Assembly (NCBI GenBank): GCA_964016885.1
Contig: OZ024744.1
Coordinates: 29,016,001-29,080,000 of the forward strand
Source of the DNA: Eledone cirrhosa
Lineage: Eukaryota
Direction of reading: 5' to 3'
DNA length: 64,000 bases
Made by a program: the position numbers and the translations under genes. Shown here piece by piece: positions 41,300 through 55,476 of this stretch. The notes under the pieces were generated by a model. That model worked only from the letters and a program-made list of their open reading frames with translations. It was not told the DNA's origin and did not search any database. Each line of letters starts with the position of its first letter. Within the stretch, counting starts at the first letter, position 1.

Positions 41300-43303
41300 A
41301 TGGCTAATTCCCCTCTGCACGAAGCAGCTGAAAGCCTTCCTCACAAAATAACACCTCACACCGACACCACCATTGTAAATGTTACTACGTTTGCCAACAC
41401 AAAAAAAAATATAAGCAGTAGCAATATTTTAAATTTGTCTCAGGCAGACATTCATTTCCCGCCATTACCAATGACTGCAGGTGTTAAACCCTCCACCACC
41501 ACCACCACCGCGACAACCACCACCACCACCACCACCGCGACAACAGAAACAAAAGAAGAAAAAAATAAATTAACTCGTGACGTCGAAATGAAATCAAGCA
41601 AAATGGACTCTTCCCCACCAAAGACGACTGACGTCACCACCACCACAACTGAAAATAAAATTAATATTAACGATAGCAACAACAACAACAATGACATTAT
41701 AAAACCGACCCTCAGTTTCGCCATCGTAGCAAAACAATTCGAAGCGTTCACGGTAACTCAAGAAGATTTAGAAAATGCCAAACAAATGGTAAAGAAAGAT
41801 GGGTACAGGGTCAGCCTCGCCCCCCCCCCCCCCCCCCACACACACCTAATAAAATGGAGCATCGGCGCCTATGCACCGTGTCGTATAGAACAATAAATGT
41901 AAAATCGCGCCGAGTGGAACGGGCATCCGAGTCCCAAATCCCAAAAGCTTTGGGACATGTGTGGGCAAGAAAAACCCACATCAAACGTGGGCAAAAGTAT
42001 GGAACCGTGGATGTGTTCTTTGAAACACCAGAGGAGGCTAGAGAACACTCCATGGCCCCATTAAAAAGTGACGACTTCACACTCGTCCCAAGCTATTGTG
42101 GCCAGAGACTCGTAAAGATCAGGGTGACCCACGTTCCACCGGCCATCGAAATTCCCTGGCTAATAGCGGCGGTCATCGCCGGCATCGAGGCCAACACGAA
42201 AATAATAACAATAGCAAAAGAAAAGCAGGAAAACTGGTCCGGATCTGGGATGGAGCTCCTGATCCAAGCGGACCAAAAAAGCATTGAGGAAATCCCAGAG
42301 GTGATAGACCTCACTGACGGCAGCCACCTCACGGTAATTGTCGAGGGCAGAAGACCTAGGTGTGTCGTTTGTGGTGAAGGAACCCACCTAAGGGCTTTCT
42401 GCCCTCAGGCTAAAAGGTTGAGGCCACCTCTCCTACCCACCCCAGTGACACAACCATCAACACCACCAGTAGCAGAGATGGCAGCAACAACTGTAGCAGC
42501 AACAACAGAAGCAACTATAACAGCAACAACCCCAGCAACAGTAGCAAAACCAACACCACTACCACCACCAGCAAAACCAACACCACCACCACCCAACGCT
42601 TCAGAACTAGCACCAGCGCCTACACCATCCACCACACCACAACCAAAACTAACGGCTGTGGAGGATTTTCCACTCCCCGGCCTATCACAACTGGAGACAG
42701 ATTGTGACGACGAGGAGTGAGAAACGATATCCGGAAAAAAAAAAAGAAACCAAAAAAGAAAAAAATGTTCTTCCCTCCCCCTCCAAAAACAAAATACAGA
42801 GGGAAACAAATAAACTAAGAAACAAAAAAGTTAGGACAGATATGCCACCATCCACACCAGCATCACCAACCCCATCAACCCAAACACCAACACCATCACC
42901 ATCATTAACTCCAACACCACCATCACCTACACCACAAAAATCACCAAAATGCGAAACAGAAACAAACCCACAACAAACGCAAACAAAACAAAACAACCAA
43001 AACGATACACACTACACAGCATTAAATTTGAACAACAAGCAATTATTACACTACATCCAACACAACACCAGCATCACAGAAAAAGACTACACAACAACCC
43101 CAAAATTCACACCACCTCCACACATACAAATCACTCGCATCACACAGAAAACGTACATGACACTAAAACAAAAATTCCCCAAAGACATCGGAGACTTCCG
43201 ACAAGCACTCTCCAGGAGGATTTATAAGGACATCCTTCCTGAGGAGGCCACAAGCAGTGAAAAGGATGGCAAAGCCGTCCTTCCCCTACGAGAAGTAAGG
43301 TAA
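41300..43303 (+). pseudogene. Tx1 ORF1 (gag-like nucleic-acid-binding protein with CCHC zinc knuckle and Pro/Thr-rich tail), disrupted
   Basis: Three ORF pieces (41300-41896, 41854-42720, 42704-43303) with knuckle CVVCGEGTHLRAFC. Frameshift at the poly-C run near 41820-41838 (could be a sequencing error), TGA at 42718 inside EE*ETISGKKKR, and a further shift downstream. Confidence 0.8.
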
Positions 43304-43337
43304 GTGGTCTTTCCCATCTTTTCCACTCCTTTTCAAC

Positions 43338-46300
43338 ATGACCTCACTCAGAATAGGCAGCATAAATGCGCGTGGCTTGGGGTCGTCATGGAAGCAGGGC
43401 CACCTGCTCAACGACCTCAGGTCACTAAACATAGATGTAGTGGCCATCAGCGAGACCAGAATCTCCGAAGCACAGGCTTTCGCACCGATCTTCGGCGGCT
43501 ACGATGTGTACGCAACTCCCAGCCGTCCGTGATCGGGGGAGGAGTTGCTGTGCTTTTTCGGAGAGGTTTGGATCTTGCCATACGGGCCATCTTCCTGGAC
43601 CCAGAAGGTAAGTTGGTGGTGCTGGACGTGACCAGCGGAGACGGGCAAGCTTTCAGGTTAGTGGCCGTCTATGCCCCGACAGGAGCAGGGCGGCCTGATT
43701 TCTTCCGGCGTCTGGAGACCTTTCTTGGAACGTCCCGCTCTTTAGTGTTAGTGGGCGACTGGAACGGGATCTTAGATGCACGCTGGGATTGTGTGGGATT
43801 AGTGGATAGGGAAGGAGGGTGCAAGAGTCTCACCAACCTGCTCAGACGTTTTGAACTGTCTGACAGGTACCGAATGGATTTCCCGAATGTACCAATGTGG
43901 ACTTGGACAAATCGCATAGGGTCATCCAGATCATATCTAGATAGAGTATTTTGTAGGGAAATAGATAGGTCTAGCATAGGCTGTCCACAATTCAAGATAG
44001 TCAGCTACACGGACCACAAATTCGTGATCTGTGTGCTTGACTTAGATAGGCTTCATAGACGAGGACCCGGCTACTGGAAGCTAAACGCGTCCTTACCAGC
44101 GCGCAAGGCCTACAGAGACCGGATTAGCGAACTAGTTAAGCGGGCGTTGACGGGGGCCATCATCAACAACAAGTGGTGGTTTGCTCTGAAAAGAGCGATT
44201 AGAATAGAGTCCATTAGGTTTAGTAAGACTTTAGCAATAGATAAAAATAGAGCAGAGGGAGAATTAGTTAGAAAATTAGATGAGGCGCTTAGCAAAGGCA
44301 TCGCGACCGACGTACTTGCGGCGAAATTGGCCCTTGACCAATTCTTCAATGCAAAGCACGAAGGCTGCGTTGTCAGAGCTAGGGTGCGTGCTCTCAGACA
44401 CGAGGGGACGAAAGCCGTTCAATGGGCCCGAGTGGCGGAGGCGCGTCGTGGCAACCAAGCCACGATCCGGTCTTTGGTGGACCACGACGGGCGCATGCTA
44501 CTCGATCCCGGGCAAATGTGTGAAGCTTTTCAGCGATACTTCGCTCAACTGTTCGGGGGCAGTGGCGGGCCGGATCGAGGGATGGACTTTAGTGTCTACC
44601 TCGACGGACTGCCGCGGCTTTCGGCCACTGAGGCGGAGTGTTGCGAAAAGCCGATAACAACCGCTGAAGTACGGGATGCAATGACTAGTTGCACAAGGGG
44701 TAAATCGCCTGGTTTGGATGGTCTGCCCTATGAACTTTGCGTACAAATGCCAAACTTGTTCGGAGGCCTCTTGGCGGACGTCTACTGCAACTGGCAACAG
44801 AACGGGAGAATTCCCAGCTCTGTGAGCCGAGGAGCGGTGGCGCTGCTGAGAAAGGATCCGAACAAGGGGGATAACATAGATAATTTTAGGCCCATAACCC
44901 TGCTAAACACAGAGTTCAAGATTTTGGCCAAGGTGCTAGCAAAGAGGTTGGCGCTTGTCGTTGGTGGTCTGGTGGGAGAGGCGCAGACATGCGCCATTCC
45001 CGACAGATCCATCCACGACAACCTCCACCTCATGCGATACATCGTAGAGAGGGTAGCTAGGGAACCTGGCACGGGTGGGTCTTTGATCAATTTAGATCAG
45101 TCGAAAGCCTTCGATAGGGTCGACCATCGTTACCTAACGGCAGTCCTGAGGGCGGCTGGCTTTGGGCCCGTCTTCAGAGGCTGGATCGCTGCCATGCACA
45201 GCGACATCTGCTCTGTAGTGATAGTGAACGGTCACCTTTCGGAACCGTTCAACATCATGCGCTCGGTCCGCTAAGGATGTCCCCTCTCGTCCCTATTGTA
45301 CGTATTGACTCTCGAGCCATTACTGCACAAACTGGAGACGTTGAGGGGGGTCCCGCGCGAACTAGGATGCGGAAGATCCGTGTCAGCATATGCCGACGAT
45401 GTCACCGTAGTGGTGTCGAACGCCAAACACATCGAGGCGATCGGCACTACACTAAGAGAATACGAAGCGGTGACAGGAGCAATGATCAACCAGGAAAAGT
45501 CAGTGGGCCTGCAGCTCGGCACTTGGAGAGGCAGGTCCATGCCGTCCAACAGCGTCGTCGGGCGCTGGACGGACGGACCGGTTAAATTGCTAGGGGTCTG
45601 GTTCGGTCCAGACCGCAGACGGACAAAAACTGGGACGAGGTGACGAGCAGGGTGGCTTCTCTCACCCAGAAATGGGCCGAGAGGAAGCTATCCCTGAAAG
45701 GTCGAGCGGAGGTGGCGAATGCGTACATCGCATCCGTCATCTACTACCGCCTGACCGTCGTACCTTGTCCTAAGCCCCGCCTGACTGCGCTGGATCGTTT
45801 GCTCTTTCGCTTCTTGTGGATGGGACGCGCTCCGATGGTCAGACGGTCCATCTGCTGTCAACACCCGCTACGTGGAGGGCTGGGCATGCCGTGGCTGATG
45901 ATGCGCAGACACGCGCTCAGGCTACGACATCTCCACCTCTTCCTCGACGGTGATCAGGTGTGGTCGCCGTTTGCTAGACACGTTTTTCCCCAGCTCGTCT
46001 CCTTGACGGAGCTGCAGTCCTGGGTCAAGCGAAGACCGAGAGGGTGCGCTTGGAGACTGGAATGTCTTCAGGCGCTCACAGCCCTCGACCAATCGGGCAA
46101 TGTGATCGGTGGAAACTCCACCTTGGCGTTCTATAGGGGATTAGTGGAGGGGAAGAGCGACGACGTACTTGGAGAAACTCTAGGCGTCGACGAAAATCAA
46201 CTAGCCAATCTCTTCGGAAGGACTTTCGGGCCAGGGCCTATGGACAACTTCCAGAAATCCCTGGCCTGGCAGTGCTACCGAGGAGCCTTGCCAGTTCGGG

Positions 46301-46755
46301 ATAAACTCTACAGGCATGGAGGTGCCGTCAGCCGGGCATGTCCGAGATGCGCGCAGGGCGACGAAACCGTCCTGCACGCACTCGTCCAGTGTCCGAGCAT
46401 TGCTGACTTGTGGTTTTATGTCGAACACCTGCTGTCACGTGTAGGACGGATCCAGCTATCAGCTGAGTCCATCGTGAGGATTGCCCCGCCCCCTTCCTTT
46501 AGCCTGGAAGGGCAGGCAGTTTTTATCTGTCTGGTGGCCATGGCGAAAGAGATAGTATGGTGGACACGTTTGAAAGGGCTGAAGACGAGCACTTACCTCT
46601 TCGGTGATGCCCTGATTAACTTTTTCAAATTTCATTTGAAAAGGAAAATCAGAGTAGAGAGATAAGTGTTCTCTTCCCAGCATTTTGTTGAAAGATGGGT
46701 GAGAGAAGCAAGTATGGCCCGAATGAATGGGCCTTCTCTGAGTATGTGTCTGTAA
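43338..46755 (+). pseudogene. Tx1 ORF2 (APE endonuclease, reverse transcriptase, zf-RVT), disrupted
   Basis: MTSLRIGSINARGL, SET, VYAP, LVGDWN, SRSYLDRV, TDH (APE); RT motifs to YADD; CPRC zinc finger. Frameshifts near 43520 and 45612; stops at 45272 and 46663. Confidence 0.93.
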
Positions 46756-47019
46756 ATTAAAGGTGGAAAACTGGGAGAGGGCACTTGCCCTGGTGGTCAG
46801 GGCCACTGTGGTCTTTTAATGGGCTTTCTCCACAAATGTCCCTTGGAAGTCTCCCCCCTATTGGGGAATTTTTCTTTGTTATTTTATTTCAACCTCTGTT
46901 TTTTTACACGCAGAAATGCCCATTTGTACCGTCCTGTATTGTCCTGTACTGTCCTTAATGTCTACTTTATGTGAACCCTTGTGGTTAATAAAGAAAACAT
47001 TATTATTATTATTATTATA

Positions 47020-47206
47020 AAGGCAGTGGATTGGCAGTATCGGTAGAGGGTCGGACGCCATGCTTTCCAGCAGAGTTACGTCCCTTTACGATCTGAGTTC
47101 AAATCCCGCCGAGGTTGACTTTGCTTTCCATCCTTACGGGGTCGATAAAATAAAGTACCAGTAATGCACTGGGTAATTTGCTGGCCTTGTGCCTAAAGTA
47201 GAAACA

Positions 47207-47270
<64 letters not shown>
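47020..47270 (+). mobile_element. Full-length tRNA-derived SINE with (ATT)n tail
   Basis: Box A-like TGGCAGTATCGG, box B GAGTTCAAATCC, central TTTCCATCCTTACGGGGTCGATAAAATAAAGTACCAG, 3' GGCCTTGTGCCTAAAGTAGAAAC(ATT)n. Confidence 0.9.
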
Positions 47271-47278
<8 letters not shown>

Positions 47279-47427
47279 TGTTTACATACAGAATAGCTGG
47301 ACACTCACAGTAAAGTGACCAGTGAAAAACTCGGTACATCTACATATGTACACGTGTGTGTATTCATATGCATACTAGTATTTCAGTATACATATGTGGA
47401 TGTACATTTTTAACTTAATTATATATA

Positions 47428-47459
<32 letters not shown>

Positions 47460-47516
47460 GTGTATAATGGAAAAAATTAAATTTCATTTCTCACTCTTAG
47501 TACGGCTGATACTTAA

Positions 47517-48030
47517 ATATAAGTATGTATACGTACATACATATATGTATACAGATATACAGTAGTATGTATATATATACATACATGCACACATATATAT
47601 ATATGTACGTATGGGTTTACCGAACATTTATTATAATGTTCGGTTTGTTTGTAAACAAACAGCCCGAATTAAGCCGTACAGTGTTCGACAACCATCGTTG
47701 CCCTTTTGTTCAACCGTTAATATGCATAAGGAAACTATATACTTTCAAACATTCAATCGATTGAGAAGAAGGTATACGGTGCTGATGGCAGCTAACAAGC
47801 TAGAAACTAGTTCATCGTTCCTTTGTCAGTGTTGAATAAAAGGGCAACGATGGTTGCCGAACACTGTACGACTTAATTCGGGATGTTTGTTCACAAACAA
47901 ACCGAGCATTATAATAAATGTTCGGTAAATCCTTACGTAGATATATATATATATGTGTGCATGTATGTATGTATATACATACTACTGTACGTCTGTATAC
48001 ATATATGTATGTACGTATACATACTTATAT
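47517..48030. mobile_element. Foldback/MITE-like element with about 200-bp inverted arms and about 115-bp spacer
   Basis: 47517-47714 is the reverse complement of 47831-48030 with few mismatches; mirrored ORFs 47525(+) and 47933(-). Confidence 0.8.
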
Positions 48031-48196
48031 ATATATAATATTTGCCAAATAATTTCTCTATGGTGATATTAATGATACAGCGGCGAAAAACAAACCAAAC
48101 CAAGCAGTTAGTGTGTTCTGTTATTATTTCTGGCAATATTATAACAATATGAGCCCCCCACACCACCCCACGCCACCTCCCCAAAAAAAGAAATAT

Positions 48197-48236
<40 letters not shown>

Positions 48237-48312
48237 TTGAAGACTAAAATCCAAAGAGGGCTCGATAAGGATAAATATATATCAATTATATAAGAACCGT
48301 AGAGAAAATATT

Positions 48313-48912
48313 TATTAAAATAACAGATTAAAGTTTAAGCAAAGAATCGCTGCTTTCACCTTTAACGCGTATGCTTGTGTATGTACGTATATGGATGCGT
48401 GTATGTATTTATTTAATTTCAATTACCTCTGTATTTTATTTACTTTATTCTTAACTCTGAAGCGGAGAATCATTCGGTTTCCTAGTTAGAATTTTAGTCT
48501 ACGACTTCAGTTATACCATTTACGTGGTTTTGTCTTTGCGTGTAATTGTTCTCCCGCTCCACATAATGACGTATTATCTTCGTTTTTTCCGTTCATCGCC
48601 AGAGAACGTCTGTATGAACCACCTAATAGAATATTAGTTGAAGACTTCTTCTATACCATAAACGTGGTCCTGTCTTTGCGTGTAATTGTTTTTCACCGCT
48701 CCAAATAATAACGTATTATATTAGTTTTTTCCCGTTCTTTGCCAGAGAACGTTTCCACGAACCAAAGTATCGTCTTCCTGTGTTCCTCCGGTTGCAAAGT
48801 TTTTTGAAATATTTACTTCTGCGTTCACAGATTGACTTTGTTAGTTTCAGAAGATCCCGTTAAGGGTGAAAGCAGCGATTCTTTGCTTAAACTTTAATCT
48901 GTTATTTTAATA
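48313..48912. mobile_element. Element bounded by 55-bp inverted repeats (MITE or Penelope-derived), TA context, with internal 140-bp tandem duplication
   Basis: 48313-48367 versus 48858-48912, one mismatch. Internal repeat about 48489-48621 / 48628-48764. Confidence 0.75.
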
Positions 48913-48932
48913 TATATATATATATATATATA

Positions 48933-49575
48933 TCTACTATATAAATTGGAAGTGGTCGGACGTTGTATATTTAAGTAAGTAGGTGTAGTCGGATAAACGT
49001 CGAAACGGCTTGGTGGAATGCAGCGAAAATTTACACAGTTATGCAGAATGACCAGAAGAGGCGTTGGGTCGACTTTTAGGGTACAAGCTTCCATGGTTAC
49101 GGAGAAAATCGATGAAACAGGAATTTCTCATTCAAATTGAACTGAGAGTAATCTGTGAACGCAGAAGTCAATATTTCGAGAAACGTTGCAACCGAAGGAA
49201 AATAGGAAGACGATATTTTGGTTCGTGAAGACGTTCTCTGGCAATGAACGGGAAAAAAACGAGGATAATACGTCGTTATGTGGGGCGTAAAGAACAATTT
49301 CATGCAAAGACAAGACCAAGTTTATGGTATAAATGGAGTCGTTAGACTAATATTCTATTTAACATAACAGAATGATTTCCAGCCCCGGAGTTTAAGAATG
49401 ATGTAAATAAAATTGAAAACGAAAATGACAGAGGTTATTAAAATAGTAAAAGTAAATAGTGAAGATTTAGGCAAGTACATACGTATGCCCCGACAGACAT
49501 ACACATACATACGTACACACAAATACCCCCCCCCCCCCACACACACACACACATACACACACACACAAACACACA

Positions 49576-49635
<60 letters not shown>

Positions 49636-49750
49636 CGCGCGCGTGTATAAACCTTATGCATTTCTACAGTATTTTCACCAAACTTAAGACATAGGTTCAG
49701 ACTGGTACAACTGCTATTTAATACCCGAGCAACGCCTGGTACCTCTGCTA

Positions 49751-49751
<1 letters not shown>
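48933..49751 (+). mobile_element. Non-autonomous Helitron
   Basis: 5' A|TCTACTATATAAA; 3' imperfect hairpin ACCCGAGCAACGCCTGGT then CTAG|T; inserted in (TA)n without a discernible TSD; internal (CA)n at about 49537-49632. Confidence 0.75.
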
Positions 49752-49839
<88 letters not shown>

Positions 49840-49970
49840 TACTCTGTTTTATCTAATGAGTTCTCTTTCTGACGTTTGTAAGACTAAGCCTACTCATACA
49901 TACCTACATCACTCAAACTGTCCCGCGCATGTTTTGTATCCGTGTATAATCATTTTCTAACCGGTCAACC

Positions 49971-50198
49971 TTAACCCTTTAGCATTTAAACCTGCCATAT
50001 CCGACCGCAATTCCCTCACCTTTTTTCTGTTCAAACTCCCTGTAACTGACGACTCATACTTGTGTTAAGGTATTGCTCTCAAAATAAATAACATAAAAAT
50101 CTCATAGATTCGATATTACGTGAGATAATTATGTGAAATAGTGTTTACCATGAAAATATAATAGTAAATATAGATTAATGTAAATTCAAAAGGGTTAA
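49971..50198. mobile_element. piggyBac-type MITE with TTAA target duplication
   Basis: TTAA-CCCTTTAGCATTTA ... TAAATTCAAAAGGG-TTAA; 14-bp imperfect TIR starting CCC. Confidence 0.65.
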
Positions 50199-50199
50199 A

Positions 50200-50557
50200 T
50201 TTCAGGACCATGCAGATACAACGTCTGAAAAGATAATAAGACCCCATGAGAGCTCCAACACCAGATTTTCTTTGTGAAACACTAATATAAGTGTGGCTCA
50301 TACAAGCAAATAACTTTGGAAATCATGTGATCAGTTTGACAACTGATCTTGAGTAGGTCCCACACATCCCTAATTTAAACCCTCCTACCCATTTCTTACT
50401 TTAGGGCTATCTGAAGGATAAGGTATATGTCAACAAACTCAGGACCATCACTGAACTAAAGAAAAAGATCAGGGAGAAGGCGTTATGCTAAACTTGACCA
50501 TGTGCCTCCAAATAATGCATGGATTCAAATGAGAATCACTTGGAACATGAGCTGTAA
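50200..50557 (+). pseudogene. Tc1/mariner transposase C-terminal relic
   Basis: From 50345 it translates DLE*VPHIPNLNPPTHFLL*GYLKDKVYVNKLRTITELKKKI, a degenerate WP..SPDLNP.DF.LWGYLK..VY motif; ends ENHLEHEL*. Confidence 0.65.
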
Positions 50558-50956
50558 CTGTGAACAGAAACATCATATCACAAAGAACAACAGAAACCTC
50601 ATATGGTTTGATTACCGAAAAGCAGTTGATTTTATTCCTTATGTTTGCTGAAGTCATTACATTTGACAAAAATATCTGCTCTCTCAGTTTCTACCATCAA
50701 AGGTCCCCCAAAAGACCTGGTCAATAATCTACACACTTGTAACTGAAAGCGAAACATTTGTCTCCGATGTATAAATATTTTAAAGGGAATATTTCAAGAA
50801 GACAGTCTGTCTGCGTTTCACTTTATCTTCATGCTAAATCCAATGATTATATAGTAGGGTCTACAGCAACAAGAGATGACAATATAACACATAATTTCTT
50901 TGTTGGTCATCTAAATATCTATACTAGAAATGATGAAAAACAGCTGGAATTAACTG

Positions 50957-51163
50957 TTTTTAATTTAGGCACAAAACCAGAAATGTATAGGAAGGGGAAA
51001 ATCAATTATGTTGATCCCAGTACTTGACTGGTACTTTATTTTAGCGAACCCGAAAAGATGAAAGGAAAAGTTAACCACGGTGAGATTTGAACACGGAATG
51101 TAAAGAGCCGGAACAAATACTATTAAGTATTTGTCCGAAGCTCTGCCGACTCTGCCAATCCAC
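50957..51163 (-). mobile_element. Older SINE of the ATT-tailed family, minus strand
   Basis: Reverse complement of AGTGGATTGGCAGAGTCGG...GTTCAAATC...TTTCATCTTTTCGGG...AAAATAAAGTACCAGT...TTGTGCCTAAA. Confidence 0.75.
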
Positions 51164-51336
51164 TACACTAACTATTGTATTTAATAACATTTTCAGCTGA
51201 CATAGGTTCATATAGATTAATAGAACGCGAAAGAAGTTGTTTGTTAAACCAAGAACTTCTCTAGCAAGTGTATCTCCCTTGTACCACATAATGAATGCTA
51301 CAATATCCAGGTATTGGTGAAACTATATCATACAAA

Positions 51337-53028
<1,692 letters not shown>

Positions 53029-53029
53029 A

Positions 53030-53410
53030 TGTATGTAGGTTTCTCTTTCTCTTAATTTCGAGTACATTTTTGCCCGGCCACTTTCTTGGTGGCAATGTCG
53101 TAAAAGAAAAGAAATTGTCATCCCTTGAATCCCAAGGAAGTTTTGCAAATTTTGAAGGTGCCAGCTATCGCAGCCATTTGTAGTCTATGAATTAGGGAGC
53201 TGCGATCTTTGTCCATAAATCCAAGTTCAGTCATACTTTGGTCCAAGCGGGTTGGTATACATAATGATGGGTATGAAGCTGAAGGTATATCTTGGATACT
53301 GGATCTGCAAACTCCTCATCAATGGTCCGTAGATATCCCCATTCTCTTGTATTTTTCTTACAACGTTGACATCAAGTGGGCAGCTGGTTTCTACAACTGA
53401 GCACGTTTTT
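53030..53410 (-). mobile_element. Degraded 3' end of the R4/Dong-like LINE family
   Basis: Aligns with 61795-62185 (GTAAAAGAAAAGAAATTGTCATCCCTTGAATC, GCCAGCTATCGCAGCCATTTGTAG). Confidence 0.75.
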
Positions 53411-53689
53411 AATGTATATGTTTGTATGTATATATATGTATATATGTGTATATGTATATATGTATGAATGTAAGTGTGTATGTGTATGTATGACGTGGTT
53501 TTGTATCTTCCTTTAGTCGTCTTCGTTTTTCATGCTTCTCAGGTTAGTATAATTTGTACCCAGTACCAGTCACCAGTTTAGTAGTGTGGTGGATATACTC
53601 AACTACACCCTATCACCAACATGTCTCACCTTCTTTCTGCCTACCAGAAAACATTATTACTTTTTTCTATTCCAGCTACATAAAACACA

Positions 53690-54450
53690 TACACTTAAAC
53701 TACACTTAAACTACACTTAAACTACATACTCTTAAACTACATTTAAACTACACTTAAACCACACTTAAACTACATACTCTTAAACTACACTTAAACTACA
53801 CTTAAACTACACTTAAACTACACTTAAACTACATACTCTTAAACTACACTTAAACTACACTTAAACAACACTTAAACAACACTTAAACTACACTTAAACT
53901 ACACTTAAACAACACTTAAACTACACTTAAATTATATACACTTAAACCACACTTATACTACATACTCTTAAACTATACTTAAACTATATACACTTAAACT
54001 ACACTTAAACTATACACACTTAAACTACACTTATACTACATACGTTTAAACTAAACTATCCTTATACTACGTTCTCTTAAACTACACTTAAACTACACTT
54101 AAACTACACTTAAACTACACTTAAACAACACTTAAACTACACTTAAACCACACTTAAATTATATACACTTAAACCACACTTATACTATATACCCTTAAAC
54201 TACACTTAAACTACACTTAAACTATACACACTTAAACTACACTTATACTACATACACTTAAACTACACTTATACTACGTACTCTTAAACTACACTTAAAC
54301 TACACTTAAACTACACTTATACTACACTTAAACTACACTTAAACTGCACTTATACTACACTTAAACTACACTTATACTACATGCACTTAAACTACACTTA
54401 AACTACACTTAAACTAAACTTAAACTACACTTAAACTACATACACTTAAA
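53690..54450. repeat. 11-bp minisatellite (ACACTTAAACT)n with 15-bp variant units
   Basis: Seen directly; variants such as ACATACTCTTAAACT and ATACACACTTAAACT. Confidence 0.95.
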
Positions 54451-55292
54451 GTGCATAAATTGGCGCCATGTTTATTTAAATTTTTCTAATGAAGGTTATA
54501 ATTCGTTTGTTTTGTTTTGTGTTTCTTTTCGGGTATGAGGTTGGTTTTGTTTATTTCTTTTGATTATCGTGTGTTTTGTTTAATTTTGTTTTCTTTTTGT
54601 TCGCTCGTTGTTATTCTTATATTTGTAGAAGACATTGAAGGAGGGGGTTTTCACACACTGAGTATCTCCTCTAAATAGATATCTTTCCCCAGTGGTCTGC
54701 AAGGGAGCTGACGAACAAAATACGTTTCGGTTATGTCAACAAGTGTTGTGGTTTAAAAAATAACAATAACAATAAAAGATAAAAATAAGGTGCGATGTGA
54801 GGTAACTATGACAAAGATGGTAGCAGTGTGACCAAACCTGTCGGCTGCCTCAATGAAAAATTTTTTTTTTTGTTTTGTAAACGAAAGGAAAGCTTTTATC
54901 CAAGACGATTTCGAAAAATACTTAACACGTATGTATAGGTGTTGATGCTGCCAACACCAGCCATACAGTACAGCAGTGACGTTGAAAGCGATACCGGTGT
55001 CAACAGCAACAACAACAACGATGAGAGTAAGCGAACTGGTGAGCTTCTATCAGGTCAGTTGATATGCTAGAAATAGCAGTCAAATTTCCCTTAAATCTCA
55101 CTAAGTACCTCAAACAAGCTGATAACTATGAATACAATCACTGTATTTTTATAAAAATATCGTCATACAACATTACCAATCTAATATATGTGCTTTGCGT
55201 TGCATGGCAACATAGTGGTTACCATGGCAGCAACTTTTTTTTATCCATTTTGCAAAATTCTTGACATTGCACTGTTGTTGTTTTATTATTTG

Positions 55293-55470
55293 CAGCATAT
55301 AGCTATGGCCCTTTACGTTCTGAGTTCAAATCCCGCCGAGGTTAGCTTTGCCTTTCATCTTTACGGGGTCGATAAAATATAGTACCAGTAACACACTGGG
55401 ATTGATTTAATCAACTCTCCCCTCCGCCCAAATTGTTGGCCTTGTTCCTAAATCTGAAACCATTATTATT
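55293..55470 (+). mobile_element. SINE of the ATT-tailed family, 5'-truncated
   Basis: GAGTTCAAATCCCGCCGAGG...GGGGTCGATAAAATATAGTACCAGT...GGCCTTGTTCCTAAATCTGAAACCATTATTATT. Confidence 0.85.
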
Positions 55471-55476
55471 AGGACT

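Larger units (their letters stand above)
41091..47018 (+). mobile_element. Near full-length Tx1-type LINE copy 2 (5'UTR, ORF1, ORF2, 3'UTR, ATT tail)
   Basis: Begins right after copy 1's (ATT)n tail; two-ORF architecture; ends CCCTTGTGGTTAATAAAGAAAAC(ATT)n. Confidence 0.93.

Noticed and set aside
38180-46806. Antisense and alternate-frame ORFs conserved between the two LINE copies
   Set aside because: Shadows of the GC-rich ORF2; conservation simply reflects copy identity.
47020-47110. tRNA gene
   Set aside because: Box A/B are present but I see no cloverleaf; it is the head of a multi-copy SINE.
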